A stretch of DNA of 64,000 bases from Paraspadella gotoi (Eukaryota > Animalia > Chaetognatha). Positions within the stretch are counted from its first letter, which is position 1, and the number at the start of each line of letters is the position of its first letter. The stretch covers positions 13,536,813-13,600,812 of the forward strand of contig CM119264.1 in the NCBI GenBank assembly GCA_051294375.1. The letters run 5' to 3'. Below, piece by piece: positions 12,701 through 24,700 of this stretch. The notes below the pieces were generated by a model. That model made no database searches, had not been told where the DNA came from, and saw only the letters and a list, made by a program, of their open reading frames with translations. The position numbers were made by a program, and so were the translations under genes.

Positions 12701-14842
12701 GCGCGAGGTTTCTACGCCCGTTTCCGGCGGAGCCACTCCCTCTTCAGCAGTCAAAAGTACCGGACGGCGACAGAGAGATCGTCAAAAAATGCTCGATGCT
12801 TATGCTTTACGGAAGACGTCCTCCAAAGATGTCGTCAATCTAGTCGTCGTCGGGCACGTGGACAGCGGGAAGAGCACTTTAATGGGGCATCTCCTCTACA
12901 AAACGGGAAACGTTTCTAAGAAGAATATGCACAAGTTCGAGCAGGTGATTTTTTTCCACTTTTGAAAGGTTAAAAATTATTTATCCTTTTGCAAACATGA
13001 TTCTCGTTTTAAATACTTAACTTTGTATCAATCATTAAATGTGCTTTTGTAGACGCAACAAGTTTCAGAGTAAGAATGAATTTATTTTTCAACTACAACG
13101 ATAACAATAAAAGGCTCGGATGTTAATTTCAAGTTCAAAGTTTGACCATAACGAGAAAGAGTAACCGAGTAAAAGAGTAAGGTTGAAGGTTGTAGTTGTT
13201 ACTTTAATCATTAAATGTGCTTTAACTCGTCATTTTCATCCTGAAACAAATAGTTAAGAAAACATTACTCAAAATATTTTTTTAGGAAAGTAAAAAAGCT
13301 GGAAAAGCCTCCTTCGCTTATGCATGGGTTTTAGACGAGACGGAGGAAGAGAGGAGTCGCGGGGTAACCATTGATGTCGCGCAGTCGAGGTTCGAAACGG
13401 AGACGCAGACCATTGCTCTTCTTGATGCGCCCGGCCATAGGGACTTCATTCCGAATATGATAACAGGTAAATGTTTCGAAATATTTGTATAAAGGCTTTT
13501 TGTTACCCCGCATGGGCATTGGGCAATGGTCAGGCCATTTTAATTTTTAGTTTTTTCCTTTGTTCTCGAAACGGGACTCTGAATTGCCCCGTAACCTTTT
13601 AAGGTGCAGCCCAAGCCGACGCGGCCATTCTGGTCGTTAACTCGACACGTGGCGAGTTCGAATCCGGCTTCGACGCCGGCGGGCAAACCCGCGAGCACGC
13701 GCTCCTGGTCCGCAGCCTCGGAGTGGGTCAAATAATCGTCGCTGTCAACAAACTCGACACTGTCGGATGGGACCAAAAACGCTATGAGGAGATCGCCAAG
13801 AAGGTCACCAACTTCTTGAAGCAAATTGGCTACAAGGAAGCAGATTTGTCCTTTGTGCCTTGCAGGTGCCATGAGTGAAAATTGAAACTGACGCAGTAGT
13901 AAAGTTAGCCAAATTTCTCTTGAAAGTATTTCCGAGCGTTTTTTCATATTTTCTTAAGCGGCCTATTGGGCTACAACCTGACGAAAGGTTCATCGGTCAC
14001 TGAGTTGTCTATGTGGTACGGAGATGGACCGTCGCTTATCGAGAGGATCGACTCTTTGCGACCTCCAGAACGACCCGTCGACAAACCCTTTAGACTTTGC
14101 GTAGCTGACGTCTTCAAAGGAATGGGATCTGGGGTTTGCGGTTCGGGCAAGATCGAAGCGGGTGAGCGCTGTTGACATTTCTTGACCAATTTTTGCTAAG
14201 ATGATTTCTTTGAGTCTCATCACAAGACATCGGAGCACTTTCTCCATCCAGGAGCCGTCTCACAGGGTGACCGCGTGTTAGCGATGCCTGCTGGCGACTC
14301 GGCGACGGTCAAATCGGTTGCCGTAGATGATGAAATGGTCCAATATGGTTTCGCTGGGGATCAGGTTGTCCTCACTCTCACTGGAGTTAATGAAGGACAT
14401 TTGACCGTGGGTGCGTCATGATATTGTTATACGACGATGTCACGAGATTTTCTAACTCACTTGCCCCCTTTTCTTCTCAGGTTCCGTTCTTTGCGATTTC
14501 GAGGCCCCCATAAAAACCGCGACCCGCTTCGAGGCTCGAGTCGTCGTTTTCAACGTCCTTCTCCCCCTCACTCAGGGCTGCCCGCTCGTTTTTCACCTGA
14601 AGTCCTTCAACGAGCCCTGCGTTCTCGGCCGGCTCAATGCTATCGTCCATAAAGCCAATGGCGAGGTGGTAAAACGACGACCCAAATGTCTCGTGAAGGG
14701 TTCTTCGGCGATTGTCGAGATCGCTTTTCAACGTCCCGTCTGCCTTGAATTATACAAGGACTTAAAGGAGATGGGAAGGTTCATGCTAAGGAGCGGAGAC
14801 AACACCGTCGCCGCGGGGATGGTTACCTCGGTGTTAGCGTGA
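6748..14842 (+). CDS. HBS1L: HBS1-like translational GTPase (multi-exon)
   Basis: Exon 1 [17 protein letters not shown]; exon 2 VYGHSYDD...[10 protein letters not shown]; HBS1_N exon [17 protein letters not shown] (11414-11537); G1 [18 protein letters not shown]; [21 protein letters not shown]; DAPGHRDF; VNKLD; C-terminal [15 protein letters not shown]. Stop TGA at 14840-14842. Confidence 0.95.
7553..10717. mobile_element. ~3.2 kb foldback/composite MITE with ~900 bp inverted arms and Transib-like CACTATAG...CTATAGTG ends (7582/10686), in an HBS1L intron
   Basis: 7553-~8470 is the reverse complement of ~9800-10717. Internal modules match the 54255-55489 MITE. Confidence 0.8.
11641..12015 (+). 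mobile_element. Helentron-associated/DINE-1-like short element
   Basis: T-run, 5' hairpin tctcgcc-agacgggctta-ggcgaga, (GTC)n microsatellite, and 3' subterminal repeat tggcgaga near 11985. A related start lies at ~38000. Confidence 0.6.
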
Positions 14843-15134
14843 TTTAGGAGTTAGTCTTTAACATCGTTTGAAAATTCTGGATCGATTACCGGATTGGGAT
14901 TCCATTTGTCGAATTTTAAAACAGTCGAAATATGTTGCCGTTTCTTTTTTGGTTTTAGTAATTAGGATATCGCCGAAGTGTCGAATTTCTGGTCATTGTT
15001 ACTTAGGTAAAATGTTAATCGACCGACAAGGATATTTAGTGTAGTTGTTACTCGACCTGAGATAAATTGTTTACTTCTGCATTTTCTTTTTAAAGCTAGG
15101 GTATCACAATAAAAAGAAAAAATTATATTAAAAA

Positions 15135-16197
15135 ATGTATTCGACGAGCGCGAAGATAATTAAACCTGGGGGCGAGAAACCGGACGAGTTTGAACAGTCC
15201 ATTTCTCAGGTACCACTTTTATTTTTATACTTTTTCCCAAAAAATGTTTATCTAATTATTATCTAATTCTTGGAAGGCCCTGCTCGAGTTAGAGATGAAC
15301 AGCGACATGAAGGCGCAACTACGTGACCTCCACGTGACGGCGGCAAAAGAAACTGACGTGGGTGGTGGAAAAAAGTCTGTCATCGTATTCGTACCAGTTC
15401 CACAAGTAAATTTTGCCCAATGAGAAGTTTAGAATCGCAGCGATAGTTTTTGTCACAACCGTTTTCAATCGTATTTTCTTGCCTATCTAATGTTTTAATT
15501 CCTCCCATCCTCAAACCTTCCGTCATTCTCCAGTTGAAAGATTACCGGCGAATTCAAAGTCGGTTGGTGAGAGAATTGGAAAAAAAGTTCAGCGGAAAAC
15601 ATTTTGTGTTCGTGGCTCAACGACGGATCTTGGCCAAACCCACGCGGAAATCAAGAAACGCGCTCAAGCAGAAGAGGCCCCGTAGGTACGTATAAGACGC
15701 AAGTTTTTTCTTGTTGGGGAACATTTATATAATAGTTTTTATTTTTTCTGCTTCGTTGCGAAATTTTCTACGAGACGTAAAAACTTGATATTGTATTGTA
15801 TTAAGTAAAGTAATAAGTAACCCCCAGTTTCTTTAGACAATGTGAGGGGGCGAATCCTGCGTATGAACGAATCTAAGAAATTTTCTTCCCGACAATACTT
15901 TTATTTTTCTTGATAGCCCCAAAACTTTCAATTTTATTTTAACCGAATTCCAACTTTGCTCCTGACAGCCGTACCCTCACTTCGGTCCACTCTGCCATCC
16001 TTGACGATCTCGTCTTTCCCGCCGAGATCGTTGGCAAGCGCATGCGGGTAAAGTTGGACGGCACCCGCACGATAAAGGTCTTCCTCGACAAGGGGCAGCA
16101 GACTCAGGTGGAGCACAAAATCGGCACCTACTCTGCTGTTTACAAGAAACTCACCGGCAAGGAAGTCTCCTTCGAGTTTCCCGACGTTCTAGTCTGA
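15135..16197 (+). CDS. RPS7: 40S ribosomal protein S7 (eS7), 4 coding exons
   Basis: [25 protein letters not shown]|[18 protein letters not shown]...[24 protein letters not shown]...[25 protein letters not shown]...[14 protein letters not shown]. Confidence 0.97.
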
Positions 16198-16417
16198 TCG
16201 TTGCCTCGGACGAACGCTTGCATATGATCGATTAAATCTATACGACCGAACTCGTCGAATACGCGTATTCCAGTTTTTATTTAGAATACTAAATACCGTT
16301 AAGTAAATATTTTTAACGCCGAGTTAAATGTTTCAAGTAATATGACATTAATTTTTTTAGGGGGTTATATTTCATTGAGAATCTTAAACTTTGCAAAATA
16401 AAAGATAAAATAAAAAA

Positions 16418-17405
16418 ATGGTGGTCGTTGCCAAAAAAGGAGGAAAGAGCGTTAAAGGAGTCAGGGGAGCTAAGAGCGGGGCGAAAGGTGGCACCAAGGG
16501 AGGTACAAAGAAGAAGATCACCCACAAATTTATTATCAACTGCACCCAACCTGTGGAGGATGGCATCATGGACGCGGCCAACTTTGAGAAGTACCTCCAT
16601 GAAAGGATTAAGGTGAGTAGAATGAACCAACCATTTTTTACGAACTGGTTTCGTTTTTTTTTTTTTAAATTATATAGTTCGATCCATTAATACTTTTATC
16701 TCTGTAATTAAAAACGAGTAATTCTGGCTTATTGCCAGTTCAAGAACGTCTTCCCCGGCGTTTCTTGAAAAATTTGAAGGGAGTGAAGGCAAAGTGGCCT
16801 AGCGAAAGGTTTCGCTTTGATGAAAAAAAACTTAAGTAAAACGGAACTTAAAACCATTTCGTGGCCGCGATCCTTGTCTCTCCGAAACTGGCGTTTTCCC
16901 ACGCCATTCCCTCCCCGACCCCAACTCTCCCGTCAACGACCAGGTTAACGGCAAGACCAACAATCTTGGCAACAACGTCGCGATCGAGCGGAACAAGGCC
17001 AAACTGGTGAGACTAAAAATCAAAACGCTATTCTACACCTTCAGTATTGGGCGCTTTCGTCGATGTTCTTCGGGGAACGAGAGCATGGCCACATTGGCCA
17101 GCCCTGGCCAAGATTGGACACGTTAGTCAGATTCAAGTAATGAGCTTCTTTGCTCCTAGGTGGTGACCGCCGACGTTGCTTTCTCAAAACGGTACCTCAA
17201 GTATCTGACAAAAAAGGTAACAGAATTCATCCATTCCGACGAAGCTTCCGAAATTATCGCTATTTCTATTTCTATGCTTTTCACGCAGTACTTGAAGAAG
17301 AACAACCTCCGTGATTGGCTGAGAGTTGTTGCGGCTGCTAAAGATTCCTATGAACTACGATACTTCCAAATCAACAACGAGGAAGAGGAAGAAGACGAGG
17401 ACTAA
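16418..17405 (+). CDS. RPL22: 60S ribosomal protein L22 (eL22) with a short K/G-rich N-terminal extension, 4 exons
   Basis: [29 protein letters not shown]|[10 protein letters not shown]...[12 protein letters not shown]|[15 protein letters not shown]...YELRYFQIN. Confidence 0.97.
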
Positions 17406-18723
17406 TATCAATTTGACTTTAAATCAATCTCAATTGATATGATGATATGATGAGAAATTGTTAAACTTTTCGGAAGAAAAAAATCTTTAATCGTTTTAAA
17501 TACTTCCCCTTTTTCTGTTGAATAAGTATTAGTAATGTTTCACAATTTTTTTTTTCAATTAATGGTTAAACTGAGCTTCTGAGAAAATAATATTTAAAGA
17601 TTGGTTCTTAATTAGTTTTTTCTTGCCTTCAGCAGAGCTACCCAGTATATAATTCAAGCTTGCTTAAGAACTTCTCAGCTCGCGTTTCAATTAGTTTTTT
17701 CCTTTGCGAATTTGGTTGGAATAATTCTCAAAGAATAGGTCAACGGTTTGCTATATCATTATCAACTTCCCGCGAGATGCGGGTCTGTTCGCTTGTTTTG
17801 AAAAGCTCTCTTTTCCTCAGCGCCATCTCTTCAACCCTCAGCGCACCCTTCCTTTGTGTGTGTGCTCTAGGATTGCCAACTCTTCCCGACTATTAACGAT
17901 AGCTTGTAGCCGATGCTGTCCCTTTGCTACATTCATAGTGGAATAGAAGCGTGACGAAAGGACGAAATTCTTTTCATGAAACCCATTCTTTTAAAATATA
18001 TGTCAGCACGAAGATGATAAATTTGGCCGTTTTTTATTACTCTATTTTGGTGTTTTCAACTGGACAAAATGGCGGGTTTCTTTAGAAGGGTATGAAAGGT
18101 CCTTGCTTCATTTCTGAACTGTTATGGTTAAGAGTTATTCGACGTGATTTGTAATTTGACTTGCTGACCTCAAGGAATGGGAGCGTATGAATGCATCAAG
18201 CTTCTCGTACTTGAGCCATTAAAAATGAAAAATGCTATGGATCTTCCATACCCTTTCACTTGGAAGGTTTTAAGTAAAGTTATTTTGTACGTATCATAGT
18301 ATTTTTATTAGTATTATGAAATCACCTAATCTGGGTTAATTTTACTTTCGCCAACCGGGGTTTAGAGCGGTTTAGGGGTAGCTTAGGGTGAGGGATTGTG
18401 TATTTTTACGTGGTTTTTCAACAGACGCCAAAACTCCGTAATCTTTTAATAATAATTATTAAAAACGAATCATAAAACGAAAAGATCCCTGCTATTGAAC
18501 CATTAGCGACAGCGTTGACATGTAATTTTGAAATGGGTTATAAATTTATTTTCAAGATTGACAAGGGTCGAAATGTTATTATTCCCGAAGCTCCGATTGG
18601 TTTACTTCGACTCATTAAATCCTATGATCATTTATCATCATTAAACATTGCAAGAAAAAGAGATTTAACAATTGAGTCAATGTGTGGATAAGATAAACTT
18701 TAAAATAAACATTTGAGTCAATC

Positions 18724-21700
18724 ATGGATCCACATTGGAATTTCAATCAGTACGCCCGTCTAGCGCCACCGACGACAGTTCACGGGCAGTCGGGACAATT
18801 GCGGTAAGTAGCCTCTGTCCCAAGATTATAAGTTTTACCATTACTAATTGAACCCAATACAAAATGGTTCCCCTTTTATCATGTATTTTGCCTTCGTTAT
18901 TACTTTCTGCTTTAAAATATTTAACAATCGTAAACTCATAACATTTTCTCTCTCATCACAGCTACGACATTCCTTTGATAGCCGAACAGTTGGCTGCTTC
19001 TGGCCAGCCAGCTTTTGCGGCGCTACCTGCTCCTCTTCCAGCGCATACGACTTTGTCGCCCCCACGAGCAGCCGCAAACTTCGGACTGGCTCAGTCTTTC
19101 CCCGGCATTTCCGGTGTTCCGCCCACCGCCGCTTACATGGACACTCTTACCCAGATTCAGCAAAACATTGGCCAGGCGTATAAACTTTCAAAGGTAATAA
19201 AGAAAAAGTCTTGTTGCGGAAAAATATTTGTGTATTGTGTACGGACACAAATTAGTTAAATTGGCTAAATTTTACTTTCGCCGACCGCGGTTTTGGCGTC
19301 TTTTAAAAAATTATTTAAAAATACTTATTTTTAAAAAACTATTTAAAAAATTATTTTTTAATTACCCTTATCCTAAACCCTTATAATCCTTAACACCCTA
19401 ACCTTAAACTACCCTTAAAACACCCTTTTCCCTAACCCTGGTTGGCGAAAGTAAAATTAACCCGTTAAACTCGTAGTGTCTTCCAGATATCTTTTAATTG
19501 CGTAATTCTATTCAAAATTGAGTGGGCTTTCTAACTCCCATTACTAGTCATAATCAAATATGTTTACAAATTGGTTATGACCGAGTCCATTGAATTTTTG
19601 CTCGTGCTTAACTTGTTTTTAGAATTTTAATCAAGATTAATGTTTTGGCTGCTTCTTGCTTGAAATTTTATTTAACTCAATTTCAACTAAGCCCAAAAGG
19701 GCCAAGACTGTTTTTCCTTCCCTTTCCTTCGTGATCGGGACGGTAGTATTTTTTTTTTCATCTCCTGAATGAGAAAAAAACGGTCATCGTTCCCATATTT
19801 ATTAGTGCAACCGAAAAACTAATTCATTGTACAGCGCCAGCGGGTCAGCATTTAGGTTACAACAAAAATTTTTGAACCCTATTAGGAGAAACTTTGTAAG
19901 TTTGACGATTTTCATTTTGCTAATTTTTGCTTGTTGACAGTTTTCCTTTTTTGGGATTTATAAAATTGTAATTGGGCACATTTTGTTCCTTTATTTCAAT
20001 CCTTTTAATTTCACTCTTGTTTTCCAAATTTTTCTGCTCACTTAGTCTCGTGTGCACAGGACAAAAATTTTTTTGATAAGTTTCCTGTATTTCGTCTTAA
20101 ATAATTTGTCTCCGAAACTTTTTTCATCTTCGATTTCTGTTTTCCCGTGATCTTCTTTTCATCTTTTGTCTGGAGCGTCGTCTTCTTGAACTCGTTTCGT
20201 CTTCATTGTCATTTTTTTGACGGCTCTATAGCCTTTATCGCTGTGCCGAGTTGTTTTTCTTCTCTCACTGCGTGACCTCGCATCTGTCATTTTAACCCTT
20301 GTATTTACGGGCGGCGTCTGNNNNNNNNNNCAGACGCCGCCTATACCTGTTGCTCATTTTCAGCTGCCAGATCCCACGGAAAACTTCGCCCAGCAGGGTC
20401 AAATGCCGGAAGTTTCCAAAAACTGGGGTTTAGCCAACTTCATTTCTACGCCGCAACAGAATGCCGCCTTTGGATCAGGGGCGTCGAGTGGCGGGTCCTC
20501 GGTGCCCTTCGCCGCCAGCGTCCCTCAATCGTCGGGCGGCGGTGGCGGGAGGGCTTCCGCTATACAACGTAACCCATATGCCGAACCTTCTATCGTGGGT
20601 AAGTTTTGGTAATTCTGTCTCTATGAGACTAAAAACCCTTTCTGAACTATTAAATTGCCATACTCGACTCGTATTTGAATAAGTATTTAACTGAAGGTTT
20701 TCATAGAAAATGGCCACATCCAAGCATTTTTCTCGATGTAGTATTAAGTTTTCCTTTTTCTTCGCCTAAAGGCGCGCTCTCGTCACGGACGTCGCAACCT
20801 TCACTCCAACGTAGCGCAACTTCGACATCGACAGAGGCGTTGCCAAGTCAATACCTCTCCAACGCCGCGTCCTCGCGATCTAGTGGCGCCTCCAGGAGTG
20901 CCACCTCCTCCTCATCCGTAACCTCGCAGGTTTTGCGACTTTTTTTTATGGATTTTCCTTCCCCATTCTGTTTTTACTCCCCTTTCCTTTTCTCCATAGG
21001 GCTACCATAGCGCAGCTAGCCCAGGCGCTGGCTTCCTCGCCAATCACCAACAATTGCCTCCCCCTGCGCACTCCAATACTGGCAAGCAGTACCACATCGT
21101 CAACGCGCCGCCTCCGCCGCCCTTGCAACCGATTCACTCAACCAAGGGCGTGCCTCCTCCTCCGTCTCCTGCTGCCAGTCAGGCTTCGCACAAGGTAGTG
21201 ATATCTAAAGCTGAAGTACTAAGTCTTCCAAACTTCCGTCGACAGAAATCGGCTCCTTCACAAATTAGTATATACATAACATTTGTTAGGTGACCCACGG
21301 TCAACATAGCAACTCCCAAACGACTTCATCTGTGCAAAAATCGGGCGCGCCCTCCTCACGACAACAGCAGAGATCCTCCAGCGGTACCTCTTATCATCAA
21401 GCGCACCATCAACAGCAGCAGTCCCAGCAACAACAACACCAACAGCATAGCCAGATTCATTCACCTCATCAGCAGGTTCTGAACAGCATGCACCAAACTT
21501 CGCAACATCAAGGAAGTCGCCAAGTACACAGTCGACAGCAGGTTAAGTGAATGTGTAATTGTAAAGAGTAGATAGAGGATGACTTTTTTCATAGGTTCTT
21601 TTGAGAAATCATATACGTACACGTCGTACAGGGACTTCAATCTAGACTGATACGAAAAAACTTGTAATATAATCAAAACGAAGAGTTAGAAGAGTTATAA

Positions 21701-24700
21701 ATTTTTTTCGTACTAATAGAAAACATTTTTTCCCCTACCAAACATTCTAGCTAGGATATTTGCTATGTTTTAAACATTTTCCTCAGAGGGTAAATTTCTG
21801 AAGAAGCATTTTTTACTTTGAAATTTTTACTTTGAAAGTGAATCTTACTGACCAAACTGACTTTTTATCAGCAATTTTTTTTTTTTTTTTTTTATGTCAG
21901 GTAACTTCACAATCAGCGTTAATACTTGTTAAATTATTAAAAACTGTTAAAATTTGAACAAAAAAATGAAGAAAAGAGACTCCGTGCTTGACAGCTACTG
22001 TGATTGTACCGCTGAATATTTAGTAAATGAATGAAAAGTAGAGAAGAAGATTTAGAAACTTGTATTTTATATCAAAATGTGCATAAAAATCCAGTAAAAC
22101 TCAAATTTAGGACGGGCGATGTACTTTTTGTAAGTCGTAAACCCAACTCAAGATTTATCATGAGTCTCGCCAAATTACGACTCGGAGATCGACAAAAAAA
22201 TGACAAAAGACCGACGAAATAACTAGTAAATAATTTGACCAAACGCGTGAGGACAACTTAAGTACGGTCAAAAAATAAGAGGGAAAAAGACAGACGATAC
22301 CTGTGGCGAAACATAATATAAAATAAATAATAAATATAAAAACTTATATTTATATAAAAAAAAGTCTTGATTTTGAAAGCGCTTCACTTTATTTTTAAGG
22401 AAAAATTTCTCTAAAAACATAATAAGTTAAAGAAAACTAATTTCTAATTAATTTTTAATTAATTTTGAAATCTCTTTGAATTAATTTTGAATCTCTAATT
22501 TTAACTTCCTTTCTCCAAAGGGTGGTCAAAGTGGCGACTCGTTTTCTGCCCCAGCTGGTTCCCCTATCATCCCCCACCACGGGGGCCCTGTCTTCCCGGG
22601 CATGGACTTGGATCTGAGCGGGGCGACATCTTCCCCATCCACCGCTACTGCAGCTGCTTCAGCCGCAACTCACTCGGCTACCGTCGGCACGGTCGATATG
22701 TCGCTGTTCCCCGCAGCGGCCGCAGCTTCTGCAGCCGTCGCCTCTTCCGAGGCCATCATCACCACCCATCACCCTCACCAACAGGTACTGTAACTATTGA
22801 TAGGAGTGATTTATGTTAGGAAATTTGTTTTTCTTTCGGACCACAGCTTTTAAAGTGAATTTATGTATCTACTTGATAAGGTTGATTTTTTTTTGTTTCA
22901 GCATCAACAAAATTCCATGCCAGTGAAGAAACGTAACCGCCAGTACCCCGACGATCGAAACTCAGCGGCGCAACAGGCGCACGCGGCGGCACTGCAAGCG
23001 CAGGCTCAAGCGCAAGCGGCTCAAGCGGCTCAAGCAGCACAAGCTGCACAAGCTGCTCAAGCTGCTCAGGCCGCACAAGCGGCCTCCATCGCCTCGGGAA
23101 AATCAAAGCAAAGACCAAAGAAAAAGGTTTGACCATTTCTAATTCATTTGTTTTGCAAATTCTTTCTTTACAGTGATGTATTTATTTTATTATATTAATT
23201 TTGATTACAGAGTTACGAGTCTTCGAGCAGCTTGAAGGACTACTTTCCCCAACAGCAGTCGCAGCAGCAAACGAGCGTTCAGAGCTCGGTACCGGCCGCC
23301 GCGGTTGCTGACAACGGATCGACGTCAGTGTCAGCGCAGTCGGCGTTCTCTCCGCCGCTCGGTGGTGCGCTGCTATTCCACCCTTCAGGTAACCAAGCGG
23401 AGTCTTATAAATTTTATCTTTGAGTAATTTTTGAGTATTTTGTAACTCATATATGCTATGTCATTATCTTGTAAGAGTGATGGAGGCCTTAAACCACCAA
23501 AGCCTGTCCAAAGTCCAAAGTCCAAAGATAGCTTGTTTATTAAATGAATGGATAATTTTTATATTGGTTGTACCAATTTCATATTATAGTAGATCCTTGC
23601 TTCCATTTTTCTGGTTAAATGTCCTTGCGTTTTTAGCCTCTTTAATCTTATCCAATATCGTTAATACCGCTTTTTCCCTGATTCTAAATTCTAAGGAGTG
23701 GGCGTTCCCGCCGAGGGCGATGACTCTGCTCCCGTCTTTTTCACCAATACTTCGGGCAACATGTTCCTCCAGCCGCCAGCAGGATCAGTCCTGTCAACGG
23801 ATGGGCAGCAGCACTTAACGGGAAATTTCGGCACGCTTGACTCCGATATGAATTCGTACCCTCTTACTTCGGGTCAAGGTATCTCCGCGAAAGCGGCAGA
23901 AGACAAGAGTAAGGTAAGTTAGGTTTTGGCTAAAATCTGTCAAAAAGATTTAATTTTTGGCTACAAGACGAAATCCGCCCTTGACTCGCATATTACAGAG
24001 TACTGCTCCGAAAACCGTGCAGCCCCTTGGTGTCGTCCCTGACACATTCGACGATTTCGCCCACTTTACGATGCCACCCGATGTTGAAACGCTAACTGAG
24101 CAGGTCAAGGAGAGGGTGCGAGCGGAACAAGCCGCTAAAGCCGCCGCCGCCGCGCCAAAAATACCCGACAACGGCGAAGAGGTTAATTAGTCTCTGCCAT
24201 ACATATAATGCGCTAAAGAAGATTCCGCTCAATTCACTGAAAAACATAAATTTCCTTTCCACCAGATTAAACTAAAATCGGATATGAAATACCAGTCGAC
24301 GTTTCTCGACTTTCTTCGAGGCAACAAGCAAGAAACTCTGTCGTCGGTCAAAAATTCGCCGATCCCAAAACGCCTCGTCGTCCCATACATCCCGGCGCCT
24401 GTGCGACGACCAGCTTGGAAAATACCCTCCTCCAACCATCGCTTCCATGACGACGACGACGACGACGAACTTCACGCGACCGTGGCCAACGTCATCTCGC
24501 GTTTGGACAAGGATGCGTCGCACCGAGGAAGAGGGGGCGCTATGATGATGCGTGGTACGAATTTTGGGGGAGGGGTGGGGAAACTTCAATACCGAACTAT
24601 TTAATAATTTGGAAAGTAAAAGTGAGGGAGATCATACATCGACTTTTACGAACTCGTAGTCGTAAATAAGTTAGTTAAATCACTATCCTTCAGGCCGAGC

